In this document: positions 39,954 to 50,554 of the stretch, in pieces
Position numbering within the stretch: position 1 is the first letter of the stretch
Layout of the letters: each line of letters starts with the position of its first letter
NCBI GenBank assembly: GCA_963719475.1
Contig: CAVRCD010000008.1
Coordinates: forward strand, 30,845-94,844
Source of the DNA: an uncultured Actinomycetota bacterium
Lineage (GTDB): Bacteria; Actinomycetota; Actinomycetes; Mycobacteriales; Nakamurellaceae
Direction of reading: 5' to 3'
Length of the DNA: 64,000 nucleotides
Position numbers and translations under genes: made by a program
The notes under the pieces: generated by a model
Told to the model about the DNA's origin: nothing
Seen by the model: the letters and a program-made list of their open reading frames with translations, nothing else
Databases searched by the model: none

Positions 39954-40257
39954 GGGTCCTCCGATGCTGGATATCGCGGCTGGCTCCTGCGGAGTTCTCT
40001 CTGCTGAGGATTCCACGCGGCGATGCTGTCGAAATGCTGCAGCCGCCACCGGGTCGGTCGCGGCATCGTCGCCATTTTGCCACGTCGGCGGGCAGTCGAC
40101 GGCCGTTCGGGCGACTGCCGGACACCCGGGACGCGTGTGACGCGAGCCGCGTCGCGGGATGAAAGGATGGCTGCCAGTCCCCGGGTCCGGCACACCGCCG
40201 GGCGGGGTGGGTGTGCCGACCCGGCATCCCGTACCCATTTGCGAGAGGAAAACGACG

Positions 40258-40473
40258 ATGGCCGAAGAAGTCCGCGCCGAGATGGTGGCCAACGTCTGGA
40301 AGGTGCTGGTCGCCGAGGGCGACGAGGTGGCCGACGGGGACACCCTGGTGATCCTGGAATCGATGAAGATGGAGATCCCGGTGCTGGCCGAGGTCGACGG
40401 CACCGTCTCCAAGCTCGCCGTGCAGGAGGGTGGCCTGGTCAAGGAGGGCGACCTGATCGCCGAGATCTCCTGA
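40258..40473 (+). CDS. Biotin/lipoyl carrier protein (TB7.3/Rv3221c-like)
   Basis: MAEEVRAEMVANVWKV...LESMKMEIPV biotinylation motif. Confidence 0.93.
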   Translation: MAEEVRAEMVANVWKVLVAEGDEVADGDTLVILESMKMEIPVLAEVDGTVSKLAVQEGGLVKEGDLIAEIS

Positions 40474-40630
40474 CGGCAGTTTCTTTCCGCGCCGACTCCG
40501 GCAGCTGGCCGGCAGCGACGGGCCGGCACTCCGGCGACGTCATCGCGGGTTGACCGCACCTCTTCGGTGATCCCCCCGTCGTCGATGTCGTCGACGGCAC
40601 TCGACCAATCACACCTGGAACCGCCCACAC

Positions 40631-42112
40631 ATGTCGACCCTGTCCGATGTCCTCGCCGAGCACTCGGTGTTGTCCGGCTCGGCGGTGGCACACCTGCAGG
40701 CGGTGGTGTCCGAGTGGCAACTGTTGGCGGACCTGTCGTTCTCCGATCTGCTGCTCTGGGTGCCGACGGACGGGCAGGAGCTGGTCTGCGCCGCCCAGGC
40801 CAGGCCGACCACCGGCGTCACCGCCTTCGTCGACGACCGGGTCTCGGCGGTCATCGCCTTCGCCGATTTCCCGCTGCTCCGGCACGCCTGGGAAGAGGAA
40901 CGGGTGATGTCGGAGGAGCCGCCGGTCGACGCACCGCGGAGCTTCATCCGGCGGCAGGTGATCCCGGTGCGCTACCTGGACGAGGTGGTCGCCGTCATCG
41001 AACGGGACACCAGCAGCATGGTCGGACGCGAGGGCAGCCTGCTGGAGACCGCCTATGTGGATGCCGCCGACGACCTTTTCCAGATGGTCTCCGACGGGAC
41101 GTTCCCGCCGCACGACCATCCCGGCGAGATGCACACCGGGCCGCGGGCGGGCGACGGGCTGCTCCGGCTCGACGCCGACGGCACGGTCGTCTACGTCAGC
41201 CCGAACGCGCTGTCGGCGTACCACCGACTCGCCTACAACGGCGAGGTGATCGGGCAGCGGCTCAGCGCGCTGACCCGGCCGTTGATCGACGATCCGTTCG
41301 ACGCCGCGGAACTGGACGAGCGGATCAGTGGGGCCGTGCAGGGCAGGGCGAGCCTGCGGATGGAGGTCGAGGCCAAGGCCGCCACGGTGCTGTTCCGGGC
41401 GCTGCCGCTGCGGCCGCACGGCCGGCCGTCGGGCGCGCTCGTGCTGGTCCGCGATGTCACCGAGGTGCGCCGGCGGGACCGGGCATTGCTGTCGAAGGAC
41501 GCCACCATCCGGGAGATCCACCACCGGGTGAAGAACAACCTGCAGACGGTGGCCGCGCTGCTGCGCATGCAGGCCCGCCGCTCGGGGGATCCGTCGGTCC
41601 AGCAGGCGCTGAGCGAATCCGTGCGCCGGGTCGCCTCGATCGCCATGGTGCACGAGACGCTGTCCACCTCACCCGACGATCGGGTGGATCTGGACCAGAT
41701 CGTGGACCGGTTGGTGCCGATGATCTCCGATGTGGCGGCGGCCGAGACCTCCGCCCGGGTGCGCCGGTTCGGGACCTTCGGCATCCTGGGCGCCGAGCTG
41801 GCGACACCGTTGGTGATGGTGTTGGCCGAGGTCGTGCAGAACGCGCTGCAGCACGCCTTCGTCCCGGAGACACCGGGCGGTCTGGTCTCGATCACGGTCG
41901 AGCGGTCGGCCAAGGAACTCGACATCGTGGTCAGTGACGACGGGATCGGCCTGCCGGACGGCTTCGCCGTGGAGAACGCATCCGGTCTCGGCCTGCAGAT
42001 CGTGCGCACGCTGGTCGAGGCCGAATTGCTCGGTTCGATCGAGATGGATACCAACCCGTCGGAGGCCGGTACCAGCGTCCGGATCGTGATCCCGTTGCGG
42101 GGGCGCAGCTGA
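40631..42112 (+). CDS. pdtaS: Cytoplasmic sensor histidine kinase PdtaS
   Basis: EWQLLADLSFSDLLLW, PRAGDGL, REIHHRVKNNLQTV, DDGIG and GLGLQIV; adjacent to whiB1. Confidence 0.92.
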   Translation: MSTLSDVLAEHSVLSGSAVAHLQAVVSEWQLLADLSFSDLLLWVPTDGQELVCAAQARPTTGVTAFVDDRVSAVIAFADFPLLRHAWEEERVMSEEPPVDAPRSFIRRQVIPVRYLDEVVAVIERDTSSMVGREGSLLETAYVDAADDLFQMVSDGTFPPHDHPGEMHTGPRAGDGLLRLDADGTVVYVSPNALSAYHRLAYNGEVIGQRLSALTRPLIDDPFDAAELDERISGAVQGRASLRMEVEAKAATVLFRALPLRPHGRPSGALVLVRDVTEVRRRDRALLSKDATIREIHHRVKNNLQTVAALLRMQARRSGDPSVQQALSESVRRVASIAMVHETLSTSPDDRVDLDQIVDRLVPMISDVAAAETSARVRRFGTFGILGAELATPLVMVLAEVVQNALQHAFVPETPGGLVSITVERSAKELDIVVSDDGIGLPDGFAVENASGLGLQIVRTLVEAELLGSIEMDTNPSEAGTSVRIVIPLRGRS

Positions 42113-42113
42113 A

Positions 42114-42141
42114 AAAGCCCCGGAGTTTCCTCCGGGGCTTT
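42114..42141. terminator. Bidirectional intrinsic terminator
   Basis: AAAGCCCCGGAG-TTTC-CTCCGGGGCTTT between convergent genes. Confidence 0.85.
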
Positions 42142-42186
42142 CGTCATCGACCGGAATTCGTCTCCGGTGCGGAAGTCAGCGGGAGG

Positions 42187-42438
42187 TCAGAGGCTCCGGG
42201 CCCTGGCCCGCGCGCGCCGACGCTTGAGAGAGCGACGCTCGTCCTCGCTCATTGCGCCCCAGACGCCTGCGTCCTGACCGGTCTCCAGAGCCCAGCTCAA
42301 GCACTCACTCGTCACGGGGCAACGCTGGCAGACGGCCTTTGCTTCGGCGATCTGCAGCAGGGCCGGTCCGGAGTTGCCGACGGGGAAAAAGAGTTCGGGG
42401 TCTTCGTCGCGACAGATCGCGCGGTGACGCCAGTCCAT
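42187..42438 (-). CDS. whiB1: WhiB family Fe-S transcriptional regulator WhiB1/WblE
   Basis: MDWRHRAICRDEDPELFFPVG...CQRCPVTSECL...GVWG. Confidence 0.95.
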   Translation of the reverse strand: MDWRHRAICRDEDPELFFPVGNSGPALLQIAEAKAVCQRCPVTSECLSWALETGQDAGVWGAMSEDERRSLKRRRARARARSL

Positions 42439-42522
42439 GGGTGTGTACTCCTCGGTGCATCGCCGGAGTCGTATTCCGGCTGGGTATCGGAGGTCGGTGT
42501 TCGCGGGGTCACCGCACGACCT

Positions 42523-42555
42523 TGTGAATGGTTTCACATGAGACGGTTGTGTCAA
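42523..42555 (-). promoter_or_regulatory. whiB1 promoter: -35 TTGACA (42555-42550) with a perfect CRP site at 42523-42538
   Basis: TGTGA-ATGGTT-TCACA; TTGACA on the minus strand. Confidence 0.75.
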
Positions 42556-42696
42556 GGGTTTGTCACGCCGGGGTTACGGACGTCACGTCAGGATGGATCA
42601 GCTCGTGGCCCCAACGACCATCATGCCTGTTCATCACGATTCAGAACAGGGTTGGCGGCAAAATGCCGGGCACATCACTGGACCCGGGCGTTGCGG

Positions 42697-43614
42697 TCAG
42701 ACTACTAACCGCAGAGCGTTCGGAACAGAGGAAAACTCCATCTCATTCCTTTTGCCAAGGTAATCACCATCCGCCTGCATTCCCACCGGCTCGGTGCACC
42801 TGACCTTCGCCCATGGCTCGTCGTTGGCCCGGATGATGTGTTTGGAGTGCCCGGTCCGGCCGGTGAGCAGCTCACCGGCGGCCAGCAGACCCATCGGCAG
42901 GCTCATGTTCGTGACGGCGAAGATGCCAAGGCCGGTGCTGGCCGAAATGCCGGGGTTGGTGCGTACCGGGCGGTTCCCGAAGTAGGTCCAGGGATCGACA
43001 TTGGAGACGAACACCAGGTGCGCGCCGACGATGGGGTCGCGGCCCGGCAGCTCCAGCGTCAGTCGGGGATGGCGCCGATCCGATCGGAAGAACCGGGCGA
43101 TCGTCATCCGGACGTGCATCGCGTTGGAGATCTCGCTGCCCGCGTGCCGACGCTTTTCGACCGCGTGCACGGCCTCGGCATCCAGTCCGAGGCCGGCGTT
43201 GAAGGTGAAGTACCGGTCGCCGGCCAGCCCCAGGGAAACGATCCGGGTGCGATGGCCGGCCAGTGCCTCGAGGATCTGTTCGGTCGCGATGGTCGGGTCC
43301 GGGTCGATGCCCAGCGCCCGGGCGAAGACGTTCGTCGAGCCACCGGGCACCACGGCCAGCAGCGGGATGTCCGGCCGGACCCCGCGGTACATCAGTCCGT
43401 TGACCACCTCGTTGACGGTGCCGTCGCCGCCGTGCACCACGACGACGTCGACGCCACTGTCCGCGGCGGCCGCGGCCAGGTGTGCCGCATGTCCGCGGTT
43501 CTCCGTCCTGGCGACCTGCAGGGACATCTGACCGGCCAGCGCGCGCGCGAGCAGATCGCGGCGCCGCTCATTGGTCGAGGTCGCGTGGGGATTGACGATC
43601 AGGAGTGCGCGCAT
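42697..43614 (-). CDS. Diacylglycerol/lipid kinase family protein (Rv3218-like)
   Basis: LIVNPHAT, GGDGTVNEVVNG, PGGSTNVFAR and QADGD. Confidence 0.92.
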   Translation of the reverse strand: MRALLIVNPHATSTNERRRDLLARALAGQMSLQVARTENRGHAAHLAAAAADSGVDVVVVHGGDGTVNEVVNGLMYRGVRPDIPLLAVVPGGSTNVFARALGIDPDPTIATEQILEALAGHRTRIVSLGLAGDRYFTFNAGLGLDAEAVHAVEKRRHAGSEISNAMHVRMTIARFFRSDRRHPRLTLELPGRDPIVGAHLVFVSNVDPWTYFGNRPVRTNPGISASTGLGIFAVTNMSLPMGLLAAGELLTGRTGHSKHIIRANDEPWAKVRCTEPVGMQADGDYLGKRNEMEFSSVPNALRLVV

Positions 43615-43718
43615 CGTCGGGAAGCGTACGTGCCGCTCGGGGGTCGACGGCCCGCCTGGTGCCGGAGCAGCGGCTCGGTGCGCGGGGCCGGCGTCCGGCG
43701 GTGGGTAGCGTGATCGGT

Positions 43719-44189
43719 GTGAGTCCCACCGCGGATCGGTCCCCGTTCGAGGACCCACAGCAGTACAGCGACCCGCCGCCGATCAGCATCCCGCCGCCGC
43801 GGCCGGTGGTGATCGCCGGGATGCTGGTCCTGCTCGAGGGATTCGGGCTGCTGATCCTGGCGGGTGCGACCCTGATCTCCGGACTGGCCGAGGGCATTGC
43901 GATCGGCCGCACCCTCGCCCAGACCGCCTACTACCTGGTGCTGGCGTTGCTGCTGGCGGCCTGCGCCAACGGGGTGCTGCGCGGACGGCGGTGGGGACGA
44001 ACCCCGTGTCTGGTGGCGCAGGCCGTGCTGGTGTTGGTCGGCATCTGGCTGATCGTGCCGAGCGAGCGCTACGGCTGGGGTGTCGGCTTGGTCCTGCTCG
44101 GCGGGGTGACCGGATATCTGCTGGTCAGCCGGCCGGCGAACGCCTGGATCAACCGATTTCCGCTGCCCTTCGCAGAGCCGGACCAGTGA
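43719..44189 (+). CDS. Membrane protein (Rv3217c-like)
   Basis: 4 TM segments and GRRWGRTP; syntenic position. Confidence 0.75.
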   Translation: MSPTADRSPFEDPQQYSDPPPISIPPPRPVVIAGMLVLLEGFGLLILAGATLISGLAEGIAIGRTLAQTAYYLVLALLLAACANGVLRGRRWGRTPCLVAQAVLVLVGIWLIVPSERYGWGVGLVLLGGVTGYLLVSRPANAWINRFPLPFAEPDQ

Positions 44190-44639
44190 GCCGGAACACC
44201 GTCCAGCCGTCCATCGGCTCGGCGCCCAGCGAGCGGTAGAACGCGATCGACGGGGCGTTCCAGTCCAGCACCGACCATTCCACCCGGGCATAACCGCGTT
44301 CGTCCGCGATGGTCGGCCAACCCGGTGAGCAATGCCCGGCCCAGCCCCGAACCGCGTTGGTCCGGGCGGACGTAGAGGTCCTCGAGGTAGATCCCGTGCA
44401 CGCCTTCCCAGGTGGAGAAGTTCAGGAAGTAGAGCGCGTAGCCGACGACGTTCCGCTCGGGATCCTCGGCGACCAGCCCGAACAACGCCGGCGTCGGCCC
44501 GAACAACGCATTCTGCAGCTGCTCGGTGGTCCAGGTGGCACAGCTCGCGCAGCCGCTCGTACTCGGCGAGTTCGTAGACCAGGTCGACGACGGTGGGGAC
44601 GTCGGCGGCCTCGATCGGCCGGATCCGCGGGTCAGGCAT
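44149..44639 (-). CDS. GNAT family N-acetyltransferase (frameshifts near 44530 and 44310)
   Basis: ELAEYE, NFSTWEGVHGIYLEDLYVRP..RGSGLG; VLDWN..SIAFYRSLGA in another frame. Confidence 0.85.
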
Positions 44640-45300
44640 GCCCCAACCCTGCGGCGCTCGCGACGGCCGTGTCCTCGGACTCCTCGTCCTCATCCTCGTG
44701 CTGGTTGATGTGCGGCGGCCGGAACGGCACCACGTTGGCGTGCTCGATGCAGGGCGCGTCGTGATACGTGCCGAGGATGGTGATCGCCGCGGGATTCATC
44801 AGGATCATGCCGCCGTTGGCCACCGGCAGCCCGACCCAACGCATGGCCAGCACCCGGGAGATGTGCCCGTGGCAGAACAGGGCGACGTCGCCCCGGTGCA
44901 GCTTCTCCTTGGCCTTCTCCAGCACCCGGTCGCAGCGGACGGCGACGTCCTCGGGGGATTCCCCACCGGGCGCGCCGTCGACGAAGATCGACCATCCGGG
45001 GTTGGTCTGGTGGATCTCCTTGCTGGTGATGCCCTCGTAGTCGCCGTAGGCCCACTCGGCCAGGTCGTCGACGATCTTGTTCACGTGCAGACCGGCCAGC
45101 GCCGCGGTGCGCTGCGCCCGCAGCCGCGGGCTGCTCCACACCGTTGCCGGCTCGAGGTCCAGCCCCCACAACAGACTGGGGATGGACATCGCCTGATGGA
45201 CGCCCTCGTCGGTCAGGTCGATGTCGGTGGTCGAGGTGTGTCGGCCACTCTTGCTCCACTCCGTCTGGCCGTGCCTGATCAGCGCAATCCTGTGTGCCAT
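44632..45300 (-). CDS. Histidine phosphatase family protein (Gpm2/Rv3214-like)
   Basis: LIRHGQTEWS, SSPRLRA, EWAYGDYEG and HGH. Confidence 0.92.
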   Translation of the reverse strand: MAHRIALIRHGQTEWSKSGRHTSTTDIDLTDEGVHQAMSIPSLLWGLDLEPATVWSSPRLRAQRTAALAGLHVNKIVDDLAEWAYGDYEGITSKEIHQTNPGWSIFVDGAPGGESPEDVAVRCDRVLEKAKEKLHRGDVALFCHGHISRVLAMRWVGLPVANGGMILMNPAAITILGTYHDAPCIEHANVVPFRPPHINQHEDEDEESEDTAVASAAGLGHA

Positions 45301-45330
45301 GGGGGCCTTCCGGCTGGTGGGGGTGACTGC

Positions 45331-45927
45331 TCAGGACAGTGACGCGATGTACTGCCGGCAGGCGTCCCAGGTGGGCAGCAACCCGGATTCCGCCGCCTGC
45401 TCGAGGGTGGGCGCGGCGGTGTCCTTGTCGGACATCAGGAAGTCGACGCCGTCGGGCAGCGCCAGTCCGAGCTTCGGGTCGACCGGGGTGATCCCGTGCT
45501 CGCGGCCCGGCGCGTACCCGGTGGAGCACAGGTAGGCCAACGTCGAGTCGTCCTCGAGGGCGAGGAAGGCATGTCCGACGCCCTCCGGGAGGTAGACCGC
45601 GCGGCGGTGCTCGGAGTCCAGCCGCACCGCGTCGGTGACACCGAACGTCGGTGAGCCGACCCGCACGTCCACCACGAAGTCGATGACCGCGCCACGGGGG
45701 CAGGAGACGTACTTGGCCTGACCGGGTGGGACGTCGGCGAAGTGCACGCCACGCAGGGTGCCGGCCTTGGAGACCGAGAGGTTGGCCTGGGCCAGCGTCA
45801 TCGGATGACCGATCGCCTCGACCAGCTTCTCGACCTTGAACCACTCGAGGAAGAGCCCCCTGTCGTCGCCGTGTTGGACGGGCGTGAATTCGAACGCCCC
45901 TGGTACCTGAAGTTCGCGAACCTGCAT
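45331..45927 (-). CDS. rmlC: dTDP-4-dehydrorhamnose 3,5-epimerase family
   Basis: DDRGLFLE, QANLSVS, LRGVH, QAKYV, GSPTFG and GHAF. Confidence 0.9.
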   Translation of the reverse strand: MQVRELQVPGAFEFTPVQHGDDRGLFLEWFKVEKLVEAIGHPMTLAQANLSVSKAGTLRGVHFADVPPGQAKYVSCPRGAVIDFVVDVRVGSPTFGVTDAVRLDSEHRRAVYLPEGVGHAFLALEDDSTLAYLCSTGYAPGREHGITPVDPKLGLALPDGVDFLMSDKDTAAPTLEQAAESGLLPTWDACRQYIASLS

Positions 45928-45992
45928 GGCGCGGATCCTAGCCGGGCGTCCGCCCCTTGACCGGTGGGGACCGGACGTGCAGCGTGAGCGGT

Positions 45993-46301
45993 ATGACGCT
46001 GCTGACTTCGCCCGAGATCGCCGATGCCCTGGAGAAATTGCCGGGGTGGGGCGGCGACACCACCGACATCCGGTGCCGGTATGCCGCCAAGGATTTCCCC
46101 GGCGCCATCGCGCTCGTCGACGTCGTGGCGACCGCGGCCGAGGACGCCGATCATCACCCGGACATCGACATCCGGTGGCGTGAGGTGCTGTTTGTGCTGG
46201 CCACCCATTCCGAGGGCGGCGTGACGGCGAAGGACGTGGAGATGGCGCGGACCATCGACGGTCTGGCCCGGCAATCCGGCGCGGCGCCGGCCGGCGGCTG
46301 A
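45993..46301 (+). CDS. Pterin-4a-carbinolamine dehydratase
   Basis: AEDADHHPDIDIRW and THSEGGVTAKD. Confidence 0.92.
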   Translation: MTLLTSPEIADALEKLPGWGGDTTDIRCRYAAKDFPGAIALVDVVATAAEDADHHPDIDIRWREVLFVLATHSEGGVTAKDVEMARTIDGLARQSGAAPAGG

Positions 46302-46632
46302 CCCGTCGGATCCCCGGTGGGGTGAGCGCCCGGCGACACGCGGGGTCGGGCAGGCGATTGGGATTCCCGGCCCACGTCCGGCAAGATGTTGAACACCCAC
46401 CAGCACGTCGCATCACCCGCACCACCGAACAGCCCGATTGGACCGATCAGGCCGAGCGGCCCCGGCAGTCGATGTCCCACCGTGACCGACTGTCGTCGCC
46501 GAGCGGAGCGAGCCGCCATCGCGGCGCACATCAGCGCCCGACAGCCCGCTTCCCACCCCCTCTCCCGGACCGCTGTCGCCTCGTTGCGGTGCGCCCGGAG
46601 GATCCGCCTGCAGCCCGAGTCCGGAGTTGACC

Positions 46633-47884
46633 ATGCTCACCACCACCGATCCCGCCGCCGACCCGACCAGATTGCCGGCCGGCGTCGCCGTCGACGCCGT
46701 CCTGCCGCGGGCCGCCGGGCCGGCCGGGTTCACCGCCGAGGACGTCCTCGAGGCGCACCGCGGCGGCAAGCTCTCCGTCGCACTGCGGGCCCCGCTGCTC
46801 GACCGGCGCGATCTGTCGATGCTCTACACGCCCGGGGGTCGCGGGGGTGTCGAGCCTGATCGCCGCGGAACCGTCGGCGGCGCGGGACTACACCTGGGCG
46901 TCCCGGGTGGTGGCCGTGGTGTCCGACGGCACCGCGGTGCTGGGCCTGGGCGACATCGGGCCGAAGGCGTCGTTGCCGGTGATGGAGGGCAAGTCGGCGT
47001 TGATGAAGGCCTTTGCCGGGCTGGATTCGGTGCCGATCGTGCTGAGCACCACCGATCCCGATGAGATCGTCGCGGCGGTCACCGCGATCGCACCGTCCTT
47101 CGGCGCGATCAACCTGGAGGACATCTCCGCCCCCCGGTGCTTCGAGGTCGAACAGCGACTGGTCGAGGCGCTGGACATCCCGGTGATGCACGACGACCAA
47201 CACGGCACCGCCGTGGTGGTGCTGGCGGCGTTGATGAATGCCGCCTCGGTCATCTCGCGGGTGATGGTCGATCTGCGGGTGGTGATCGCCGGCGCCGGAG
47301 CGGCCGGCATCGCCTGCGCCAAGATCCTGCTCGCGGCCGGCATCAAGGATCTGATCGTGGTGGATTCCAAGGGCGTGCTGTCCGTGGGTCGGGACGGCAT
47401 GCATCCGGTCAAGCAGGAGATGGCCGAGCGCAGCAATCCCCGCGGGGTGGTGGGCGGACTGGCCGACGCGCTGGCCGGCGCCGACGTGTTCATCGGGGTG
47501 TCCGGCGGGAGCGTCGATCCGGCGCTGGTCTCCACCATGGGCGATCAGCCGATCGTGTTCGCGCTGGCCAATCCCACCCCGGAGATCGATCCCACCGCCG
47601 CGATCGCGCACGGCGCCGCGGTGGTCGCCACCGGCCGCAGCGATTTCGCCAACCAGATCAACAACGTGCTGGCGTTTCCCGGAATCTTCCTGGGCGCGTT
47701 GGACTGTGGTGCCAAGCGGATCACCGAGGGGATGAAGGTGGCCGCGTCCGGCGCCATCTGCGCCGCCGTCCCCGGCCGCGCCGTCGCCGACCGGATCGTG
47801 CCCGATCCGTTCACTCCCGGCCTGGCCAGGATGGTCGCGGACGCCGTGATCTCGGCCGCCCGCGCCGAGGGCGTCGCGCAGTGA
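46633..47884 (+). CDS. NAD(P)-dependent malic enzyme (frameshift near 46836)
   Basis: HRGGK, YTPG, GTAVLGLGDIG, PVMEGK, INLEDI, HDDQHGT, GAGAAG and NQINNVLAFPG. Confidence 0.93.
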
Positions 47885-47926
47885 CGCCCACCGAGCTGCC
47901 GGGGTCGTAACCAACCCCGGTCACCA

Positions 47927-47972
47927 CCCGCGGCCCCCGTCCACCACCCAGGACGGGGGCCGCGGGCTTTCT
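47927..47972 (+). terminator. Intrinsic terminator
   Basis: CCCGCGGCCCCCGTCC-loop-GGACGGGGGCCGCGGG-CTTTCT. Confidence 0.8.
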
Positions 47973-47981
47973 CCGGGTCGC

Positions 47982-48824
47982 TCAGGACGGCAGCCGCCCG
48001 CCGATCGACTCGGTGACCTCGCGGGCGCTGCGCCGCACCGGATCGGCCAGTTCGGCGAAATCCCGGTCGCACCGCGGTTCGTCCGGTGCCGCGCATCGGT
48101 GACCCACCGTGATGCCGACGGCGGCGATGGGCACCGCGTTGTGGTCGAACACCGGTGCGGCGACGGAGGCTGTCCCGGCGGACACCCGGCCGTCCTCGAT
48201 CGCCCACCCACGACGGCGGACCGCCGCCAGATCCCTGCGCAACGCAGGCAGGGAACCGGGGCCGCGACCGGTCCGGTCGACGAAGGCGATCCGATCCGGG
48301 AACAACGCCCGGACCTGCTCGGCCGGCAGGTGCGCCAGGATCGACAGGCCCGTCGCGGTCAACGCCGCCGGCAGCCGCACCCCGACCTCGGTGACCAGGG
48401 TCGGTCCGTGCACGCCGGCCTTGTCCTTGGCCAGGTAGAGCGTCTGGGCGCCGTGCAGTACTCCCAGGTGCGCGGTCGCCCCGGTCCGCAGGCAGAGCCG
48501 GGCCAGCACCGGGCGACCGACCCGCTCGAGCGGCTCACCCCGCAGGTAGGCGCTGCCGATCTCGAAGGCGACCAGGCCGAGGCCCCAGCGGCGCTCGGTC
48601 GGCAGGTGCACGGCGAAGCCGGCGGCCGCGAGTTCGGTCAGCAGCTCGTAGGTGGTGGATCGGGGCAGTCCCAGTTCGCGGGCGATGGTGCCCGCCGAGA
48701 TCGGCGTCGCTCTCGATCCCAGCAGGCGCAGCACCGCGAGGCCGCGGCGGAGCGCCGGAGCCGGTCCGGCCGCGGCGGCCGTCAGCGCTGGTCGGGCATC
48801 CGGGGTGACCGCGGGCGAGGGCAT
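47982..48824 (-). CDS. IclR family regulator, probable HutR
   Basis: APALRRGLAVL...LGLPRSTTYELL and SVAAPV; divergent from hutH. Confidence 0.9.
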   Translation of the reverse strand: MPSPAVTPDARPALTAAAAGPAPALRRGLAVLRLLGSRATPISAGTIARELGLPRSTTYELLTELAAAGFAVHLPTERRWGLGLVAFEIGSAYLRGEPLERVGRPVLARLCLRTGATAHLGVLHGAQTLYLAKDKAGVHGPTLVTEVGVRLPAALTATGLSILAHLPAEQVRALFPDRIAFVDRTGRGPGSLPALRRDLAAVRRRGWAIEDGRVSAGTASVAAPVFDHNAVPIAAVGITVGHRCAAPDEPRCDRDFAELADPVRRSAREVTESIGGRLPS

Positions 48825-48845
48825 CTGTCCGGTATACCGGACAGA
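48824..48845. promoter_or_regulatory. Perfect 22-bp palindromic operator, probable HutR site
   Basis: TCTGTCCGGTATACCGGACAGA between hutR and hutH. Confidence 0.85.
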
Positions 48846-48896
48846 AGTCGGCGGCGCCCTCTCGCGCTGCCCGGCCGAACGGCATCAAATGAAGCG

Positions 48897-50553
48897 GTGA
48901 CCGTCCACCACCACTCCCCAGCCCGCACTGCCGGCGTCGGTGCACCCGCCCCTGAAGCAGATCGGCGTGGGCCTGCGGCCGGCGACCCGATCGAGCTCGT
49001 CGTCGGCCCGCTGGCGTTCGACCAGGTCGTCGCGGTGGCCAGACACGGCCGGCCGGTGGCGCTCGGCACCGACTCAGTGGCCGCGATGACCAGCTCACGC
49101 GACATCGTCGATCGCCTCGCCGACGACGTCGCGCCCGCATTACGGAATCTCCACCGGGTTCGGTGCGCTGGCCACCACGTCGATCCCGCCGCATCGTCGG
49201 GCTGCGCTGCAGACCTCCTTGATCCGCTCGCACGCCGCCGGCAGCGGTGAACCGGTGGAGCGGGAGGTGGTGCGCGCCCTGATGCTGCTGCGGCTGGCCA
49301 CCCTGGCCCGCGGCCGCACCGGGATCCGGCCGGAGACCGCCGCGGCGCTGGCCCGGATGTTGAGCGCCGGGATCACCCCGATCGTGCCGGAGTACGGGTC
49401 GCTGGGCTGCTCCGGCGACCTCGCCCCGCTGGCGGCGGTCGCCCTCGCGCTGATCGGCGAGGGGGACGTCATCGATCAGCGGGGGCGTCGCCGCCCGGCC
49501 GCCGATGCGCTCGCCGAAGCGGGCCTGACCCCGGTGGTGCTGGCCGAGAAGGAGGGCCTTGCGCTGATCAACGGCACCGACGGGATGCTCGGCATGCTGG
49601 TGATGGCCATCGACGATCTGGAGATGTTGCTGGACGCCGCCGATCTCGCCGCCGCGATGTCGGTGGAGGCGCTGATGGGAACCGATCGGGTGTTCGCCGC
49701 CGAACTCCAGACGCTGCGTCCGCAGGCCGGGCAGGCCGTCAGCGCGGCCCGGATCCTGGCCGCCCTCGCGGGTTCGGAGATCGTCGCGTCGCACGCCGGC
49801 GACAAGGACACCAGGGTCCAGGACGCCTATTCATTGCGCTGCTCGCCAGCGGTGCACGGCACGGCCAGGGACACCCTGGCGCATGCCGCCGTCATCGCCG
49901 ATCGGGAACTGGCCAGCTCCATCGACAACCCGGTGGTCCTGCCCGACGGGCGGGTGGAATCGAACGGCAACTTCCATGGCGCGCCGGTCGCGGCCGTGCT
50001 GGATTTCCTGGCCATCTCGGTCGCCGATGTCGCCGGCATCTGCGAGCGCCGCACCGACCGGATGCTGGACGCCTCCCGATCGCAGGGCCTGCCACCGTTT
50101 CTCGCGCACGAGGTCGGGGTCGACTCCGGGCACATGATCGCCCAGTACACCCAGGCCGGCATCGTCTCGGAGTTGAAGCGACTGGCCGTTCCGGCGTCGG
50201 TGGACTCGATCCCGTCGTCGGCGATGCAGGAGGACCACGTCTCGATGGGCTGGCACGCCGGACGCAAACTGCGGCGGGCGGTCGACGGGCTACGGCGGGT
50301 GATCGCCATCGAGATCCTCACCGCAGCAAGAGCATTGGACTTCCGCGCACCGCTGACGCCCGGCCCGGTCACCGCTGCGGTCCGTGACGTCGTGCGGACC
50401 AGGGTGGCCGGGCCAGGCCCGGACCGCCATCTCGGACCCGAGATCGACGCCGTCGTCGACCTGCTCGCCGACGGATCGATCGTGGCTGCAGCGCAACAGC
50501 TTCGAAACACCGACCAGCAGAATGCCGACCGACTTCTCGACAGGGAGAACTGA
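48897..50553 (+). CDS. hutH: Histidine ammonia-lyase (frameshift near 49138)
   Basis: [31 protein letters not shown] (MIO), [26 protein letters not shown] and QEDHVSMG. Confidence 0.95.
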
Positions 50554-50554
50554 G

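Noticed and set aside
44149-44189. Convergent overlap of the GNAT and membrane protein genes
   Set aside because: Short 3' overlaps are common in GC-rich genomes and the GNAT end depends on frameshift repair.
46302-46632. Riboswitch or leader peptide before the malic enzyme
   Set aside because: The long leader has no recognisable aptamer motif or convincing short ORF by eye; an Rfam scan would be needed.
46830-49145. Programmed frameshifting in malic enzyme or hutH
   Set aside because: The breaks lie in G/C homopolymer runs and similar breaks occur throughout the window, so sequencing error is the simpler explanation.
49408-49416. Cys-Ser-Gly MIO triad in HutH
   Set aside because: This is a known variant in actinobacterial histidases and still able to form MIO.
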